Positions 60,997 to 64,000 of a stretch of 64,000 nucleotides of DNA are shown in pieces; positions within the stretch are counted from its first letter, which is position 1; each line of letters opens with the position of its first letter. A model generated the notes under the pieces. The model searched no databases. It was not told the DNA's origin and saw only the letters and a list, made by a program, of their open reading frames with translations. Both the position numbers and the translations under genes were made by a program. The DNA lies in the NCBI GenBank assembly GCA_040220875.1, contig JAVJVX010000003.1:136969-200968 (forward strand), given 5' to 3'. This DNA is from Alphaproteobacteria bacterium (GTDB taxonomy: Bacteria; Pseudomonadota; Alphaproteobacteria; JAVJVX01).

Positions 60997-62829
60997 ATGC
61001 TCGCAGTCGATCCATCCCTGCAGATTTGGGCGACTCTCGCCTTTGTTCTGGGCGCGGTCGCGATTTACGCCTGGGACAAATACCCGATCGAGCTCACAGC
61101 GGGCGGCATCATCGCCGCGCTGTTGATCTATTTCCAGTTCTTCCCTGTGCTCGATGCATCGGGGCAGAATGTGCTGTCACCCGGTGTGATCCTGGCCGGG
61201 TTCGCCAACCCGGCGCTGATCGCGGTGCTGGCGCTCCTCGTGGTCGGCCAGGGACTCGTGCGGACCGGTGCGCTTGACCAGACGGCGGAATGGGCGCTCC
61301 GGCTGGGTGGGGGCAACGCCTTCATCTGCTTCCTCTTGATCCTCATCGCTGTCATGGCGCTGAGCGCATTTCTCAACAACACACCGGTTGTGGTGATTTT
61401 CATTCCGATCATGCAGGCCCTGGCCGAACGTTTCGGGCAATCCGCGTCGCGGTTTATGATTCCGCTCAGCTACGCCGCCATCCTGGGCGGCATGACCACC
61501 CTGATCGGGTCGAGCACCAACCTCCTGGTCTCCGACAGCCTGGCTGCCATGGGTGAGACGCCGCTCGGATTTTTCGAGTTCTCCATCCCGGGGCTGATGC
61601 TTGGCGGGGCGGGGCTCGTCTTCCTGATCGTGATCGGGGTGCGCCTGCTGCCGCCGCGCGCCAGCCTGGCGGGCGCGCTCGTCGGTGAAAGCGGTAAGCA
61701 GTTTATCGCCCAGATCACCGTCACCGCTCATTCCGATCTCATTGGCGAAGAGGCGAAGGCAGGTATATTTCCGGGCCTCAAGGACGTGACCGTGCGCATG
61801 ATCCAGCGCGGCGAGCACGCCGAACTGCCGCCCTTCGACGGGTTCCGCCTGCGCGAAGGTGACGTGATCATCGTGGCCGCGACACGCAAGGCGCTTCTCG
61901 ATGTGCTGTCGCGCGACGTGGGGCTGCTCGGCCCGGATCTGCCCGAGGACGAGGAAGGTGGCCTGGCCGGCAGCGACATGATCCTGATGGAGGGCATGGT
62001 CACGCCCGCCTCGCGGCTGATCGGACAGAACCTGGAGCAGTCCGGTTTTCGCTACAATTATGATTGCATCGTGCTGGGTATTCAGCGCCGATCGCGCATG
62101 ATCCGGGCGCGGATGACGGAAATCCGGCTCGAAGCCGGCGACGTTCTGCTTATTCTCGGCCACCGAGGCGATATCGAGGCGCTTCGCGCGAGCCGCGACG
62201 TGGTGCCGATGGAATGGTCGGCGACGGAAATCGGCGCACCTGAAATGGCCCGGCGCGCCAGCCTGATCTTTCTGGCCGTGGTGGGGGTCGCCGCGGCCGA
62301 ACTCATGCCGATCGTGGTGACGGCCACGGCGGGGGCGGTGGGCATGATCGCGGCTGGCGCGCTCAATGTGCGCCAGGCCGCCCGGGCGATCGACCGCAAG
62401 ATCATGATGCTGGTCGCCTCGGCGCTGGCGCTCGGTGTCGCGATGCAGGAAACCGGCACGGCCGCCTTCCTGGCCAACATCCTGGTGGCCGGGTTTGGCG
62501 ATTTCGGGCCCGAGGTAATGCTGTCGGTGTTTTTCCTTTTCGTGGCGCTGATGACGAACATTCTTTCCAATAATGCCTGTGCGGTTCTGTTCACGCCGAT
62601 CGCCATCAGCCTTGCCGCGGGGCTCGACGTGGACCCGCGGATCTTCGCCATTGCCGTGGTCCTCGCCGCCAACTGTTCCTTCGCCACGCCGATCGGTTAT
62701 CAGACAAATCTGCTGGTGATGGGGCCGGGGCATTACCGGTTCTCCGACTACGCCCGGATCGGCCTGCCCATGACGCTCCTGATGTGGCTGGTCTTCACCC
62801 TGTTCGCCCCAGGATATTTCGGCCTCTGA
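60997..62829 (+). CDS. DASS/SLC13-family anion permease with two central TrkA-C domains
   Basis: It is 610 aa with hydrophobic N- and C-terminal transporter halves (NNTPVVVIF, SNNACAVLFTPIA hairpin-tip-like motifs). A soluble middle section has two RCK_C-like segments (IGEEAKAGIFPGLKDVTV; IGQNLEQSGFRYNYDCIVLGIQR). Confidence 0.75.
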   Translation: MLAVDPSLQIWATLAFVLGAVAIYAWDKYPIELTAGGIIAALLIYFQFFPVLDASGQNVLSPGVILAGFANPALIAVLALLVVGQGLVRTGALDQTAEWALRLGGGNAFICFLLILIAVMALSAFLNNTPVVVIFIPIMQALAERFGQSASRFMIPLSYAAILGGMTTLIGSSTNLLVSDSLAAMGETPLGFFEFSIPGLMLGGAGLVFLIVIGVRLLPPRASLAGALVGESGKQFIAQITVTAHSDLIGEEAKAGIFPGLKDVTVRMIQRGEHAELPPFDGFRLREGDVIIVAATRKALLDVLSRDVGLLGPDLPEDEEGGLAGSDMILMEGMVTPASRLIGQNLEQSGFRYNYDCIVLGIQRRSRMIRARMTEIRLEAGDVLLILGHRGDIEALRASRDVVPMEWSATEIGAPEMARRASLIFLAVVGVAAAELMPIVVTATAGAVGMIAAGALNVRQAARAIDRKIMMLVASALALGVAMQETGTAAFLANILVAGFGDFGPEVMLSVFFLFVALMTNILSNNACAVLFTPIAISLAAGLDVDPRIFAIAVVLAANCSFATPIGYQTNLLVMGPGHYRFSDYARIGLPMTLLMWLVFTLFAPGYFGL

Positions 62830-62916
62830 GGCGGGCCGCCCCTTCGTCGGCGGCTTGCGGGAGAGGCTTGCGACCATTGGCCGCGGAAGCGCCCTGCGGG
62901 GGTATTGTGCACCGCG

Positions 62917-62945
62917 TTGACGGGCGCCGCCACGCCACCTAGTAT
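62917..62945 (+). promoter_or_regulatory. candidate sigma70 promoter for serC (TTGACG-17-TAGTAT)
   Basis: TTGACG (62917..62922) and TAGTAT (62940..62945) are separated by a 17-nt spacer. They lie about 80 nt upstream of the serC ATG. An 8-bp hairpin (CCTTTCCA-acgc-TGGAAAGG, 62960..62979) would sit in the 5' UTR. Confidence 0.45.
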
Positions 62946-63025
62946 CCGCGCCGCCCGCCCCTTTCCAACGCTGGAAAGGCGCAGGAAACAGCACTTTCCT
63001 TGAGGTTCCAGCAAGCGAGGTTTCC

Positions 63026-64000
63026 ATGACAGCCGGCCCCCTGCCCGCTGCCAAGCCGGCCAACCCCTGTTTCTCCTCGGGCCCTTGCGCCAAACGGCCG
63101 GGCTGGGATGTCAGCGCGCTGGCCGGCGCTCTGGTGGGACGCTCGCACCGCTCCAAACCGGGCAAGGCACGACTGGCGGAGGTGATCGATCTTACCCGCG
63201 AGATTCTGGGCGTGCCCGACGGGTACCGGATCGGCATCGTGCCGGCCTCGGATACCGGGGCGGTGGAAATGGCCCTCTGGTCGCTGCTGGGTCCGCGCGG
63301 TGTGGATGTGCTGGCCTGGGAAAGTTTCGGCGCCGGCTGGGCAACTGATGTGGTCAAGCAGCTCAAGCTCGACGACGCGCTGGTGTTCGACGCGCCTTAC
63401 GGCGATTTGCCCAATCTGAGCGACGTCAATTTCGAGCGCGACGTGGTGTTTCCGTGGAACGGAACCACGTCTGGTGTTCGCCTCCCCGATGGGGACTGGA
63501 TTCCCGACGACCGGGGCGGGTTGACCATTTGCGATGCGACCTCGGCCGCCTTCGCAATGCGGCTGCCCTGGGACAAGCTCGATGTCGTCACCTTTTCCTG
63601 GCAGAAAGTGCTGGGGGGTGAGGGGCAGCACGGCATCCTGATCCTCGGCCCGCGCGCGGTCGAACGCCTCGAAAGCTACACGCCGCCCTGGCCGCTCCCC
63701 AAGATTTTCCGCATGACCAAGGGGGGCAAGCTGAACGAGGGCATCTTCAAGGGCGAGACGATCAATACGCCCTCGATGCTTTGCGTTGAGGACGCTCTCG
63801 ACGCGATGAAATGGGCGCGTTCCGTGGGCGGGCTCGACGGCCTTGTTCGGCGGAGCGAATCCAATCTGGAGGCGATCGCCGGCTGGGTGGCCCGATCCGA
63901 CTGGGCCGCCTTCCTCGCTGAAAAACCTCGCGAGCGCTCGTGTACCTCGATCTGCCTCAAGATTGACGACCCCTGGTTCAACGGGCTCGACGAACAGACA
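63026..64000 (+). CDS. serC: phosphoserine aminotransferase (3' end beyond the window)
   Basis: The frame is open from ATG 63026 to the window end. The translation [32 protein letters not shown]...[21 protein letters not shown] matches the alphaproteobacterial/archaeal-type SerC N-terminus. It is absent from the ORF track because it has no stop in the window. Confidence 0.8.
   Translation, partial: MTAGPLPAAKPANPCFSSGPCAKRPGWDVSALAGALVGRSHRSKPGKARLAEVIDLTREILGVPDGYRIGIVPASDTGAVEMALWSLLGPRGVDVLAWESFGAGWATDVVKQLKLDDALVFDAPYGDLPNLSDVNFERDVVFPWNGTTSGVRLPDGDWIPDDRGGLTICDATSAAFAMRLPWDKLDVVTFSWQKVLGGEGQHGILILGPRAVERLESYTPPWPLPKIFRMTKGGKLNEGIFKGETINTPSMLCVEDALDAMKWARSVGGLDGLVRRSESNLEAIAGWVARSDWAAFLAEKPRERSCTSICLKIDDPWFNGLDEQT

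Noticed and set aside
61177-63366. A 729-aa minus-strand ORF, and similar very long ORFs at 53556..56120 (-), 12447..13976 (-), 4076..5287 (+), 22054..22800 (+) and 58528..60375 (+).
   Set aside because: All lie antisense to, or in alternate frames of, strongly supported genes (the SLC13 permease and serC, ftsH, pntAA, the IOR gene, the acyl-CoA synthetase and thiC). Their translations are Arg/Gly/Pro/Ala-rich with no motifs. Long open frames of this kind are expected stop-codon-poor artefacts in DNA of about 67% GC.

Overview
This is 64 kb of a high-GC (roughly 65-70%) alphaproteobacterial chromosome, on the evidence of its gene content. That content includes a split pntAA/pntAB/pntB transhydrogenase, an rpsU-divergent COQ9 homolog, and several small alphaproteobacterial domain-of-unknown-function (DUF) proteins (DUF1013, DUF1192, DUF1465, DUF4164, DUF465 and DUF1244). 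The window is almost entirely core housekeeping. I found no integrase, transposase, phage genes, CRISPR array, tRNA or rRNA.

The gene content falls into four groups:
- A long conserved block: ruvCAB-ybgC-tolQRAB-pal-ybgF/cpoB-tilS-ftsH-folP-glmM-thiD, ending convergently with thiC.
- A central-metabolism run on the minus strand: tkt-gap-(152-aa hypothetical)-fba class I-thiE, followed by efp and suhB.
- Other recognisable genes: purE-purK, pntAA-pntAB-pntB, a fused 1159-aa indolepyruvate ferredoxin oxidoreductase, pfk, two AMP-forming acyl-CoA ligases, an M3 oligoendopeptidase, hsp20, zapA, yebC, a DASS/SLC13 permease and a 3'-partial serC.
- Two small genes absent from the supplied ORF track: rpmJ (ribosomal protein L36, 41 aa) and a 59-aa DUF1192 protein.

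Non-coding calls:
- A clear TPP (THI-box) riboswitch upstream of thiC.
- A synteny-supported candidate 6S RNA (ssrS) between zapA and ygfA.
- An RpoH-like promoter and a long structured leader upstream of hsp20.
- Several rho-independent terminators and sigma70-like promoters.
- Short GC-rich tandem repeats, both intergenic and in-frame.

The best candidate for an undescribed system is a co-directional three-gene envelope module on the minus strand at 29569..33131. It consists of a secreted Pro-rich OmpA-like tether, a MotA/TolQ/ExbB-like channel with a coiled-coil tail, and a MotB-like protein with the transmembrane Asp, a roughly 200-aa coiled coil and an OmpA domain. It is not next to flagellar genes, it is separate from the tolQR pair in the same window, and it has no TonB or ZorC/ZorD partner.

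All calls are from reading the sequence and from remembered family signatures. No database searches were run.
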